Positions 13,401-27,699 of a DNA stretch of 64,000 nucleotides are shown here, piece after piece (the stretch's first letter is position 1; each line of letters opens with the position of its first letter). The notes under the pieces are model-generated. The model saw nothing but the letters and a program-made list of their open reading frames with translations. It was not told the DNA's origin and made no database searches. Location: positions 18,714,213 through 18,778,212 of the forward strand of contig OZ234493.1 in NCBI GenBank assembly GCA_965153455.1, written 5' to 3'. A program made the translations under genes and the position numbers. Source of the stretch: Sphagnum compactum (taxonomy: Eukaryota).

Positions 13401-16400
13401 TGGGGTAAAATGTACATGATGTGTTAAAAAATTTGTAGTTTATCATATAAAAACATAAAAATGTAAAAAAATAAAAATTGTTTATGATTTGAAATTATTA
13501 GCATTTAAAAAAAAGAAACATTGAATTTACAAGGAATCATGACACTTTCAAAAATTCATATTTATTCAAAATGATGAAGAAAAATAAAATTATGTACTTG
13601 GACAACTATAAGCATTTATTATAACAAGTTGTAAAAAACATTATTCCAAAATTCATTCATATGAAAAAGTTTTTTCTGGCAAAAAAGACATGTGATCTTT
13701 TTTCCAATAATCCTATTGGCTCATTATATCTCGTTCACACCTTAATGTGTTCATTTGAATGTTCTATTATTAGTCTCAACAAACCCTTGGTGTTGAAAGA
13801 GGAGATAGACATGGGTTGGGTTTTCCTAGGGAAGGCAAACTTTGGAAATGGTAATGCCTTTCGTGATAGGGGAGGTAAATTCCAACAATTGTTAACAAAG
13901 TTATGGACTTCCAGCTTCATGCATTGTCCCTTAAACTAGGGACGATAAAATAAACATATTAGAACAATGTTGATGTTAGTGTTGCCACCCACAAATTGGA
14001 CGAGGCAACAACAAAAGGTATATACACATGTGTCATATTTCCAATTCTGCTTTATTACTTTAGTTTTTAGATCATGACTAATTACTGATTTATGTTTTAC
14101 ATTCCAATTTTAGTGCTTTGATGTGTAATCATTCCCTTTTACAGGACTAATGACCAAATTCTACCAATAGCACCTATTTTGACAAATATTATGGAAGAAG
14201 TTGAAGAGTTTCAAGGATTAGATTTGCTACGGATGGTTGTAAGTCATGAAACACCAAATCGAAACCCTAGCCATTTAGTTGGTATTGCCTTGCAATCTTA
14301 CATCAATAATCCCACCCTTGCATCACCACCCCCATCAAATGTTGCCTTTGCTACCCTTATTGGGTTCAAGTGGACACCATCCCTTTCCATTGGTCTACAA
14401 CCTCCAAGGTAATCTGCATTGAACCCCTTAAGATCATTATCAAACCTCAATGACACATCTTCCCAAGGTGTGCATTTTTTTAAGCTAATCACAAAGCTCG
14501 ACCCAAAAGGTGCAAGCAATGTGTTGACATGTATGGCGGGATCAAATATTGGTGAATCAAAGGATATGCGTATTTGTGGTTGCAGAAGATGGGGTTACCA
14601 CACGCACTAGTAAAAATAGGCCAAAATGTAACCAATCTTTTTGCGACTACATGCGACTATCAATTATTTGCAATTACATTTGGACATTTTTTGCAACTAT
14701 TTTTTCTGTTGGTCATATTTGCAACTACAGTGCAACTAATTTGCAACTATTTTGATGTTCATCCTTCCATGTGAACAACATTTAATTTAATTTTCATCCA
14801 AGAAAAACAATTTATGTCCCATTAGTTGCAAATGTGACCAATTTAGTTGTAACCCTATAAACAATATAAAGGTATATTTTGAATGTATACGAACAACCAT
14901 ATTAGATATGTATTCAAATATTATTATTATTATAAATTTCCTTGATATTATGGTTACATTAAATGGTATATATTTTGAAGTATTTGTTAAATATATTGTG
15001 CCCATATTACAAGTTTATCCAAACCATTTTATTATACTTCTTAAAATTATTACAAATGACATTTATTATTATTATTATTTATGTTAAATTATATATTTAT
15101 ATGAAACATGTAATAAAAAACTAAATTTCAATGTTATCTTTAACTAAAATTTAAAAATTGTAATATCTTATTACTTAATGATGATGATGATGATGATGAT
15201 ATTAAAATGATAAAAAAATAATTTTATAATTACTGAAGTAATTATTAAAATTTTAATATATTATTAAATTATTATGAAATTATTTTCAATTGACTAATGT
15301 ACTTATTATGATTAACTTTTATTTATTTAAAAATGAAAACTTAATTATAGTAAATCATAATAGTTCTAACAAGTGACATATAATAATAATAATAATAAAA
15401 TAACTAACTTAGGCTAGTGACAAATTACATTATTGTTATTATTATTATAAATAATCAATTCTGAAATATTATTAGATTAATATAATAATTACTAGGAAAT
15501 ATTAATATATAGTTTTAAGCTTTTGTACTTAAATTTTATAGTTGATATTTATTAATTATTAATTAGTCAATGAATATATTCATTTACTGATATATAATTT
15601 TTATTCTCAGTTCTATTATTTTATTATTATATAATAATTACTGTATTAGTTAGAATGGAAATCTAATAAATTATTATACAAATGCAGAAATTATTTTCAA
15701 AGGAAAAATATACTTATTAAAAATATAAAATATTTACTATAATAGTTCATAAATAGATTTAATGAGTGAATTAATAATACGAATAATAAAAATAAAATAG
15801 TTAACCTTAGCTACCATCTAGCTATAATAATAATTGAATTAATGTCATTTTTATTATTAAATATTAACTTTTATATTTACTATTAACTATATAAATGAAA
15901 ATAATAATGGGAGTAATTATAATAAAATAGTTAGCCTAGGCTAGGTTTTAATTATATTATTAGATATAAAAAACCTAGTAGTCAATATTTAATAGTTATT
16001 AATAATTAAATATCGAATATTTCAGTTATTATATTAATTTATTTGGTTACGAAATAATAATTTATTACTTATTAATAATTAGCTAAATATTTCAATATTA
16101 ACCAATTATTAGTTAATTAAATTGGTTGATAGATTATTATAGTTAATATATAATTATAATTATATAATATTAATGTTTATCTAACTAATTAATTAATTAA
16201 TATTCAATAATAATTCAATAATAAAAAATATTGATTAATAATAATAATAATAATAATTAGTTAGTTGGATAATTTATAAAGCGAATTAGTTAATTTCTAG
16301 TTCAGTTGTTAATTAATTAATTATCAAGTTTATTATTTTATTTTTATTTTTTTATTCATTAAATAATTAATAATTCTATTAGTTAATTAATCAACTAGTT

Positions 16401-19200
16401 AGGTGTCACTTATTTACTTAATTATATACTTTTGAAGATGGGAATGATACCCAAAACATATGGGATAAATGTGTTAATTGCAAGTCATTTGCAACTGAAC
16501 ATTTTTAGTTGCAAACGACTTGCAACTAAAAAGTTTATCCCATATGTTTTGGCTTTCATTCCCATCTTGAAAAATATATAAACAAGGTGATTTGTCCTAC
16601 ATTTACAAATTAAAATACATGGGCATATGGGATGAGTCATTAAATATGATTTGACCCAAAATAAAATATAAATATTCATGTACTTACACCTAACTACTTA
16701 TTTCCTTAACTTGCATACCTACTTTTCTACCTACCTACCTACCTAAGTAGGTATTTGGCCTAGGTAGGTAAATAGGTCCTATTTAGATAGATGTTTAGCC
16801 TAAATGGGTAGGTAGGTATATAGGTAGGTACCTAGTGCAACCTACATATTTAAATATTGATTTAAATTTAATTTGAAAAAATTCAATTAATATGCCACAT
16901 GGAAAAAATTTATTGCACCACGTGTCACAATCTAAACTATCCAAACATAAAAAATAAACATTTTAGATTATTTCAAAATAATAATAATATATTTTTAATT
17001 ATTAAAAGTTGGGACATGTGGCAACACATAATTTGTTCCCATTGTTCACCAAAAAAGTCGCATCTTAGTTGCAAACGACAATACGTATATGACTAGTCAA
17101 AGGATGAAAACGTATTTTGTTGATTTTTTTTTCTTTCATCCAAAATTCGTTGTCATTTGCGACTAGTGTTAATGTGACTTGTCTAACGCAACTATTAAGA
17201 TTTTAGTTGCAAATGTCGCTTGCAACTAAAAATTAGTCGCATGGACCAGTCGCAAAATGACCATTTTCTACTAGTGACGGTCTAATGCCTTGCTTGAAAA
17301 AGATACGTAAATAAATGAATAGTTCCAACAAAAAATGTAGATCTACATTATTTAGTTTCATGGATTAGTTCATTTTAGGACCATTGGAAGGACTTATACC
17401 TAGGTAAGTTATATAAAACATTACATGATATGCTTGTAGAACATTTGAATGAAATTCTCATATTGTCATTTTCTTAACTAAGTTATGTTATGTTTGTTTA
17501 ACTAACAATCCTTGATTTCATTGGCAGTTTGGCGTCAATTGTGCAAAACTTCATACAGTCCAAAGGTGGGACCAATAATTCTATTATCTCATTTGTGATT
17601 GCAGGTGAATACTTGAAACTAAGGCTTGATGTTGACATTGGCCTATTCAACAACAAAGAAAGGTTCTTGTCTACTAATGCCATGGAATTCTTTAGGGTGT
17701 GGTTTACACATGGCCAATTATTAAAGGAGTCTATGTACATTACCCACCCCCACTTGTGGGATATTGTGAAGAATTGGATCACAGGAAAGGGAGAGTCAGA
17801 GGATAATGTTATTAAGTTTGTAAGAAAAAAATTAAATGTGCCTTTTGAAGTGAAGGTTGTTTTAGTCCCACTTCAAGATGTAAACCATTGGAGTGTTATT
17901 GTAATGAGTGATGATAGTCTATACCACTATGAGACCCGCTAAAATTTGCAAACATCTTTCATTCACCAGTACTACATTGTTTCTTTGCCAAGATTTGGGC
18001 AATGAAACAAGGTAAGTTGTCTAGCACAAATGAATGGAAATGAACCATGTTTAAGACGAATTGGACCTGGGTTGATGGATTGCAACATGTGTCAGATTGG
18101 GAATGTGGATTTTATGTGATAAAGTTCATCACAAAGTCCTGCAAGTGGATGACACATGATAGATCCACTTCTCTTTAGGTATTTTTTTAAAAATTCATTA
18201 TCCCATATTTTCCCCCTAATTATCAATCATATTTACAACTATAGTTACACATTTGCTCGGGTGTAGGTGACACAGACTTGGTTCTCAAGGGATGAAACAA
18301 TCCAAAGTCGATCAACATTGGTTGAAGTAGTCAAATAGACGTTGCATAACATTGATGTTTTAGACAATGCATGGTTGATTATGCGTGTTTTATTGACTTG
18401 GAAGAGCATCCAAAAGTTGTTGAATTAGACCACTTCATAAGACTACGAGGTACTGAAAGGAGTGATTGACCTAGGAGGATGGTGTGTTCTACCAATTAGT
18501 CGACCACATAGTCTAGATGTGGTTCTAGATTTGTTGGCAAACAATGTTGAATGTTACTAGGTTCTTGTTGCAGAACATTTTGGACATAATGTGAGATGTT
18601 TCAGAACATTTTGGAAACATACATGGTATGAGATGTCTTCGTTTCGGGAATGACCAATGCTTTTGATCATACTCCTTTGAAAGCCACAAAAACCCAATTT
18701 TCAGGACTCCAAAATTTGCAAGAAATTAATAAAAGAATTGATTATATTGTCTTTTGCCATGATGCAGAAAACTAACTTTTCACTTATTGCAAGAAATACA
18801 TGTGGTGGATTTGTTTTGAGCCATTCACATATAGTTATTATTGTAGGACATGTAACAAGTTTGGAGTGCAAGTAACTCTACGTTTTTTGAGGCCACTAAA
18901 TGTAGGGTTGCCAATAGTTAGTGCAATTAAGACATTGAATATCTATGAGGATGTTGATTGTAGGTGCTTTGGAGTGGTTAGATGTAACTTTCATAGTTTG
19001 GCATCAATCCTAGGAAATGTGAGGCAAGCAATTATATTGTTTGTCGGAGCAGTGGGAGTTAATCATGTTACAAGAGTTAGCACAAGTAATTAAGAAAATA
19101 TGCCACTAGCACCTAATAGCGGTTAATGGTTTTGGGATGCAGTTCAAGACCAATAAATTGCTTGACTTAATGGATCTAGAAATCTAGGCAATTAGGAGAT
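10450..19200 (+). pseudogene. Decayed multi-exon transposon gene with a zinc-knuckle remnant and a Ulp1/C48 protease remnant
   Basis: ICGCRRWGYHT|V*C is reconstituted across the CACTA insertion (14570-14604 / 17280-17290). Ulp1-like motifs VLVPLQDVNHWSVIVM..LYHYE (17857-17935) and LQHVSDWECGFYVIKFI (~18081-18130). Many stops; extent is approximate. Confidence 0.5.
14605..17276 (+). mobile_element. Non-autonomous CACTA (En/Spm) element, copy 1
   Basis: Termini CACTAGTAAAAA...TTTTCTACTAGTG; 3-bp TSD ACG (14602-14604 / 17277-17279); many subterminal TTGCAACTA/TAGTTGCAA motifs; (TACC)n-like block ~16715-16845; AT-rich core ~15000-16430. Confidence 0.9.
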
Positions 19201-19899
19201 GTACATCAAGCTCTTGTAATGGTTGAACATATATTGAGTTTTTTTGCCATTGCAATGTGCTCATTCATTGATTCTCTAATGCTAAATTTTTTTATGTGGA
19301 CAATAATTTTGAAACCTTATAGGATTTTGAAAGCAAATGGATGCAATTTGCACGTGCATGTTTTCATTAGATCAAAATATTGCATAGTATTGTAGTCAAT
19401 GTTTCATGATATCTTGTAACTCAATTTGTGAAACATAATTGTTTATAAAAGTTCATAACACATTGGAAATTAATATCTTGTTTTCTAATTCACCTCATTT
19501 GTAGGAGTTGTTTTACATTCAAAGTTGTGTTCTTCATATTACCCATTCCTATACAATCTGAAGATTTGCATGATGTTTTAATGAGTTGAATTGTGGAGAT
19601 AGTTGGCAGAAAAAAATGCAAATTACATTCACATAGTCTTCACAAACCAAGTTGAATTGTGTAGACAAATTTGGTAAATGATGAAAACATCATACGTGTT
19701 TATTGAACTCAAGGCAAACTTTATTTCTTTTCTTCAAACAACAATTTCATTCAAACTTTTCAAAATGTTCTACAAAAAAAAATTATGTCATATATTATAT
19801 AGGTTCTACAAATGGCAAATTGTTTTAGTATGTATTTGCCTATGAGCCCAATGTGGCCCAAGGCACACCAATGGCATAACTGTTTATAACTACTTTGAC

Positions 19900-22170
19900 A
19901 TACTCTAATGGAATGGTTGCCATTTAAAGAAGTCTATATGCGAATATACTTTGTTGATTATCTTTCAGCTAGTTGTTTTTTAGAGCATTGGATTCAAGCA
20001 ATCCTTTGTGTCTTTTCAAATTATTATCATTAGGCACAATTAAGAACAATGGTTTTTGCATCAAAGTTCTCCAAACCTGCAATGCTTTATGCTAGCATAT
20101 CTTGTTGTTTTCTTCTCAAAACTTTCAATCCAAATAGTAAATGTTTTTGTAACGATGGAAAATCACATGCAATAGTTTTGAGTTCCCTCAAAACCTGGTC
20201 AATTAACTCACCTAGGTTTAAAGTTGTGTAGGCTTCATCTTGCTCTATTGTTTCCAAGGCATCAACATCGTCAGGCTTCTCATTCACATCAAATTCTTGA
20301 TCAGGCATGTCAATAGAATTAATGTGGACATCCAATGCCGGACCCTTATGAACCCCATGGAGTGTATTTGTCTTTGTACAATTGCCCCATCTAGAACATG
20401 AGGATGGAGCATTTTGAAACTTTTCATAACATACAAATTATTCCTCGCACTGCAAAAAGGCAATTACATTGTGGCCATTCAAAAGTTAAAGCATGTATAA
20501 TCCACACTTTCGATGGGTGGTTGGTGGATGCCACTAATGCAATATCCTCCCCATCTGGGCGTAACATCACATTGTGTTTGGAATATCACGGGCTCTAAGT
20601 ACAATGCTCGCAACAATGCCTTCCTATTTTTTGTTTCATACATAACCAAAGATTTTCAGCTACACACCATACTAGTAGTGTGTTAGAACATCACCAACTA
20701 GATGGTAAATCAACCAATCCATTCTGCACCCAATGAACCTTTCTCTTGAAGAGTACAATATTCTTTTCATGTTTTGTGGAATGATTCCACATAGGAGTTT
20801 CTGTCCTACCTTGCATGTTTCGATTCCCAACACACCACATCCCTACCTTCAACAACTAATGATCTTTGAGGTATTGAATGAATTGAATTGCATTTGGGAA
20901 ACTTATTTCCAACGACTGAATTTGTTGTTTTTCCCACAAGATAAGGTCAAAATTGGTGGGACATCCTTGCAAATGCATTATCCTCCCAAGGGCACATAAG
21001 ACTTTAGCTCATTCCTCTACAAATGCAATCTTCTTTACGACATTCCCAACCCATGTTTTCCACACATGCCACAAACACAAAAGCATGCTAGCTTTTGGTC
21101 AAACATTGCTTCATGGAAAAACAATTTCAATAAGGCAATGTGTGCCCCAACAACAATGGCAAAAACAAATCAAATTCACATTAAGGATATGCTTGTTCTA
21201 TTGGGGATAATGTACCTAGGAGCAATGACACAAAATACGACAATGACTATGTTTTACATGGGAACATTTGCTACAAATGTAGACTGTAGATTGTAATGGT
21301 TTTTTGCATTTGTACATGAAATTGCAATGGGCACTTAAGCTTGTACCAGACTATTGAGTTGACACATTGTTAATTTTCAATGCCCATTAACATACACCTA
21401 GGATATTGTTTTGTAATAAAAAAAACCTATAAACCCAAATTGAACAGAAAGCAAAAACTTATACCTAAACCAAAACTTGTGAACCCAAGTTGACAAATTG
21501 TAGTATATTTTGGTTCTGTTCATATGAAGGTAGATATGACCTTTGAAGGCAGAATTGAAAACACGACAAGTGCAAACAAATCCCAAATGGAGACAAATAA
21601 CCTTTGGGACTTATTTTGGAAAAGAATAATCTTACTTCGAGATGTTGATTTCTACTTGAGCATTATCAACAATGATAGCATACAACATCCAATCATTTGG
21701 CATTCTTTGAGATAGTGATTGGCAGACTAGATGGAGGTCATTTTTTCGGCATTTTCTAATTACAATGAATGCAATGGGTATTTCATTTTGCCATTCGTCA
21801 AACACCATCATTGTGTATGGAGAGTACTACAAAAAAACATAGTGCAAGGTTAATAGGTTGAATGTTATAAAACATAAAAGTAGACAATACGAATAAACAT
21901 ACAACATCCGTGTTTAAACAATACAAACAAGCATATGACATGTTTAAATAATGCACATGACATCCATGTTCGAACAATACAAGTATATGAATGACATTTG
22001 TGTCTTCCATTTGAACCTATGAAAAGCAAATTTCACACAACTATTATTGCCAATCGTGACCCATGAAGTTTGTGATGAAGGTAAATCTCATTTTTCATAC
22101 CTAGATTTTGTGAGGAATTTTTCCGTTGCTTTTTCCACAATGACTATTGATGAAAGATTCTAATTCAATT
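19900..22170 (-). mobile_element. Mutator-like (SWIM-domain) transposase remnant
   Basis: Minus-strand fragments EWQNEIPIAFIV (~21760-21796), LCLWHVWKTW (CxxH motif, ~21050-21080), and SWIM-like WPQCNCLFAVRGIIC (~20430-20477), followed by an acidic/coiled tail (ORF 20087-20335). Confidence 0.6.
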
Positions 22171-22179
22171 GTACTCGTG

Positions 22180-25100
22180 CACTAGAAGAAAAAGGCCAAT
22201 ATGTGACCAATGCATTTACAACTATTTGCAACTATTTGGTTTTGTAACTAAATTTTTGCTTTCTATGATTAATGTGACATCATGCTAACATCAACCGAGT
22301 CACTTATGATTAACTTGCAACTAATTTGCAACTAAATTGGTTTACATCTATATATGAGTTGGATTTATAATCCAAGAATAACCATTTAAAGTCACATTAA
22401 TCGCAAGCGGATTAATGTTTAGTCGAAATCAACATATATTTACATAGATTAATTAGAGTAATTATTTGATTTATGATTCAACTTAATATTCAAAGTATTT
22501 TCATTGTAATTAATATATAGTTATTACAAAATCATAATATTTTATTTATTTAAACATTAATTATAATATACACATAATTTATAATTAAACTTAATTATTC
22601 ATCATTTTAATTTTTATTATTTTAAAATTTAAAACATTGTAACTACATTTAATTGAATTAATTTAATTTTATACTTGTAAAAATTACATTCAAGTATACA
22701 AGAATATTTAATTATATACTTACAACATATAATTTTTATTACATCATAAAGAATTTGGAATAATTTTATTGAAAATTTAATATAATAATAATTATTTATT
22801 TTACTTATATTTATTAATATTTCTATAAAAATTAATAAATAATATTATAACATAAAATTTCACATTAATTAAAATGATAGTCCCCAATCATAAAAAATAA
22901 CTATCACATTTAAAACACTTATTTTTTACTATTAATAATAAAATAATTCTATATTAAATGAGAAGTTATGTTTTATAGTTAAGGTTTTTATTTCGAAATT
23001 TTATAATAATATTAAAATAATGAGCAAAGTTGTTGTAATTATTGTATTTAAAAACAGAAATACACTAATATAATAGTATGTATTATTCACTACTTACTCA
23101 TTAACAGTAAATTGTTAATATAAAAACATAAAATATAATAATAATAATTATTCTATAGTGGCATAAAACTATTAAAATTTACTTAATCTATTTGTAAGTT
23201 AGAATTAGAATACTTGAATAATTAATTTATAATTACGTTTTACTATTATGATTCATAAATTATAAATTATAATTTTAGTTCTTATTTCAGTTTCCAGAAT
23301 AATCATAATTTAATTAAAATAATTCATGTTATGACCATAACTACATGGATTTAAAAATAATAAACTAAAATATTTATTTCATGTAACTATTTGTTCATAA
23401 TATATCACTATTATAAATAATTATAAATGATTATATTTACTAATTATAAGTTACAGTAAATAGTTATTGTACAACATAAGTTTTTATATTATATAATTTA
23501 TATTCTTATAGTGAAATAAATCAATTACTGTAATTAATGTTACACTACTTTAAAATCATTACAATTATTTCAGATAAATGTTAATTATAGTAATTTCATA
23601 ATTTATTTTTTCTAATTGAACATAATTATTCACAATCTGTAATCTATAACTTTAAATCTGAATTAAGTTTGTGGAATTTTTTTTAATGTAGTTAAAATAA
23701 TTATTGTAATGATAATAATTGCAGGAATTACTATCCAGTAGTTTTTTAATAAAAGAATTCTGTAATTACTTATCTAGGATAAATATTTTATAGTAATATT
23801 ACAGTAATAAAAAAATATATATGTTCAACAAATTCTTATATTCATATTTATTAATCAAAAATGGAAAAAAACACATTTTGACCAATAAATAGTTTTACAA
23901 TAATAAGTTTAATTATATAATAATTACAATAATTCATTTAATGTCACTTTTGAAATAAATAATTTGTGTAGGAATTTATTTTCTGAAAGAAATTATTATT
24001 TCATTAATTTTAATTTGAAAATAAATATTTATAATATTTATTTTAAAGTATAATAATTAAATTATTCTTAAATTAATTATATCATCTATAATTTGACCAG
24101 ATTTTAAAAATTAAGAAAATATTTTAAATTATTTAAATCATTTATTTATCCATGAGTTATGTATTAACAAGTTGTGAGTAACTAAATAGGTAGTTAGTTA
24201 AATATTTAAAAACTATTAGTTACTTAGATAGTGGATAATGAATACTTAATATTTGTAGCGTATAGTTTATATTTTAAATAAATTTTTAATTTAGTCATTA
24301 TTAATTAAATGATTATTTAATTATCTAGTGAGCCATGTGATTGAATTGTTTAAAAATCTAAAAACCAAGAAAAAAGGCATGAAGAAAGTTTTGAAATTGC
24401 AACTTAGTTTGTGAGGAAGTTACAACTTCAAAATTTATCCCATAGTGTTTATTCTCCATTTTTAGTTTGAGCATTATATAAATAAAAAGTGTGGTCATCC
24501 AATTTCACATTAAAAAATGTGTGCACATGGGATGAACCATTTAAAAGGTTTAACTCAAAACAAAAACAAAATTTATGCATAATTTTAGATTGCCTACTTC
24601 CCCAACCTACTTGTCTGCGTAGCTAAATAGGTGCCTAGTTTGACTTACCCACCTAAGTTGACCTATGTACTTACCTACTTAAGTACTTACATATATGAGT
24701 AGCTATTTAACCTAAAAAAATAGGACCTACCTACTTATCTTTTTACCTAAGTAAATAGGTAATTATTTCACTTAAATTTTTAGCCATCTACTTATGTACC
24801 TACCTAAGTACCTACCAACCTAATATTAATATTTTGTGTTTTTTTTAAATGCCACGTGGCATCTTTAATTTAGGCCACGTGTCATAATCAAATTCATCCA
24901 AACATGTGAATTGAACGTTTTAAATTATTTCAAAATAATAATATTATCTATTTTAAATAATTAAATATTGGCACATGCGGCAACATTTCATTTGCCTTCA
25001 ATAATGACCAAAATGGTCACATCTTAGTTGCATGTGACAATACTTATATAATGGAGTCAAAGGATGAACTTGTATTTCTTGATTTTTTCGTTCATCCAAT

Positions 25101-25232
25101 ACCCTTGTCGTTTGCGACTAATATCACATGCGATTTGTCGAAGGTGACTAAGGGGATTTTAGTTGCAAATGTTGTTTACAACTAAAATTTAGTTGTAGGG
25201 ACCAATCGAAAATAAGTGTTTTTCTTTTAGTG
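22180..25232 (+). mobile_element. Non-autonomous CACTA element, copy 2 (same family as copy 1)
   Basis: Termini CACTAGAAGAAAAAGGCC...TTTTCTTTTAGTG; 3-bp TSD GTG (22177-22179 / 25233-25235); the right ~800 bp is collinear with copy 1; AT-rich core ~22450-24350. Confidence 0.9.
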
Positions 25233-27039
25233 GTGTAACCTATGTCATTGGCCTGAATGTGAATTGGTTATCCATTTCTTCTTTCCAAAGCCATCTTTTT
25301 TGTAATTTATTTGAATTTCAAACCAAGAAAACTATTCCAAATCCAATATTTTTTGGAAATGTTATTGGATTTCTACAAATCCAAACATCTTCATTAAATC
25401 CTATGCATCAAAAGTTTTCTAACAATACCAATAGTGTGACCAAATTCCATTAATATTTTTTTATATAAATGAATTTTCAATGAAAAAATTGTTGTCAATA
25501 ACTTCTTCACTATAAGTTGAAACATTATGAAACCAACTTGATACGGCATTCATTGAAAACTTTCCAACAACGTCAAGAGCATGATAAGACGCACCATCAT
25601 TTGGGAGATTTCAATGCAACAAACAAATCAAATAAACTACCTTGTTTCATAGATAAATATTGGAGGTTTTCAAAGACCATAAGTGAAGAAATAACTTAAT
25701 AAAAATCACCATTCTAATAGTTGATTTTTAGTTTTTAGTTTACATAATAATAAATGACTAAAGATTTGTACTTCATATTTGGTTTCTAGCCAAATTTGGC
25801 TAAATTTTCTTAGGGATGATAAATTGTTTTATTACAAATAGAAATTCCTAAAAACGAACAATGACCATCACCTACATAATATATATTGGCACCTTCACTT
25901 TTTAGGGTGAAACCTTTTATTAAAAAGTCCACATACGCATCATACACCAAATTTTAGATGAAATATAGCCAATATATGCATTGTTCGGGCACTTGGGCCA
26001 ATAAACTAGGTTTGACTTGGTAAATGATCACATGGTTCGATAGTTGAAATGGGTGTGTTCATTGCTCCATGTGCAAGTGTTCAAGAATTATCGCTAATTT
26101 GTTGAAGCATACTTGCATGCGACATTGGAAAGCTTGGTCACGATTTCTTGTGTTTATGCCAATTGGATTGAATGTTTCACCTATTGATGAATGTGGTAAG
26201 AGTTCTTGAAACATTACCCTACCATTTTCTTTTTTGCCATGGATTGTTGTGCTTTGTTTTGGCAAGATGTTGGTCAAGTCTTGTAGAACCTTGGGGACAA
26301 ATGGTGAGACATCTTTAATGACAAAACTTTCTATTGTATTTCCAATGATGTTTCTTACTTTCCTTACCGATACAATGATAAAAAATGGAATGGATTTTCC
26401 TCAATATAGGACATAATATTGTTAGTCTAGGATCCACACTCTTAATGTAAGATTGACAATGAAATATAAGACTTGATTAGTTCCATATGCAAAATTGGGT
26501 TTCATAAAACAAAAGTGGAATTGGAACCCAAGAATCCAATTCGTAAAACAAAATTGCATGTCTTAATAAAAAATTGAGGATCCTAAATCATGGATCCAAT
26601 TTTATAAAAACTAATAGGTAGTAAATGTTCTTGCAAAATCAAGGACTCATATTCCCAATTCAAAAGGATTTAATTCATTTCCTTCCAAAGTTCCTTATAT
26701 TTTGGAAAATGATAAGGTCTTGTACTAAGACTTATTAAGGATTCTAAATTCTTGAAACCACACCTTGGTTCCTAAAAACGTTAGTGGTTTGACACCTCTT
26801 GTGAAAAAAATTAGGAAGGTGCATGAATTGATCTTGACCATGTGTATGTAAGAAATTCATTAAGGATGATATTGAAAGGAAAACTAAGACTCTATGAACT
26901 ATAGTTATTCATGATTAAGGACTAAAAGAAAACAATGGAAACTTGATTCTTGAAGACCATAGATCTTGAAACAAAACACACAAATGGATGGAAATAAATA
27001 ACATAAACATGTAGACAACAAAATGTACTCAAAAGATGT

Positions 27040-27325
27040 TTCACATGTTTGAAAATGAAATGTTGGGTGTTTCCATTGGGAGGGATTGTACCATACTGGC
27101 TTGTATTTTCATGCCCACCCTTCCTTGAACATCCTTGGAATCTAGTTTTAAACCCCAAGTTGCACACCAATTTGTAGTAAAGATGGTGTCACAAAAAGGA
27201 ACAACACAACGAGACAAAGTTGTGTGTATTCTCCTATACATCAAGGGTGATAGGTATGCTGGAAAGAGGTTGGCAATAAATTATTACAACTAAATCACAA
27301 TCCACAAAGATGACATGTGGGGTAG
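27040..27325 (-). pseudogene. Degenerate RING-finger-like coding remnant, probably TE-borne
   Basis: Minus-strand translation PTCHLCGL*FSCNNLLPTSFQHTYHP*CIGEY/TLSRCVVPFCDTIFTTNWCATWG has RING-H2-like spacing, with two stops, one frameshift and one Cys lost. Confidence 0.45.
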
Positions 27326-27699
27326 TTGCAAAATAGGGTGGTTCATTTTTTCATCACATTTGACTTTCTACATATTGTATTCTATTCAAATGTCATAAAC
27401 ATGTGGTGAAATCATCAATGTGCCAAAAATGATTACAAATTAAAATTGCCAATTTGAATAAGAATATGCACATAATGATGAAATTCACAAAATATACAAA
27501 AGGAAGAAACTTACAACATCGTAGCTGCTCATCGTTACTTTGGTAGATTGATCTTCCAATATGCTAGCCTCAACAATTTTCGTTCTCTAAACTTCTTTTT
27601 GGTTCCTTGGCCTGTAGTAGGTATTTGGTTCATTACTTTAGGTATCAGCACAATGGCTTTCAACCTAAATGCAAACATATAGTCATGAACTTTCATCAA

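Noticed and set aside
15000-16430. AT-rich cores as organellar insertions or AT-rich genes
   Set aside because: No ORFs, tRNA or rRNA signatures were seen, and the cores are enclosed by CACTA termini with TSDs.
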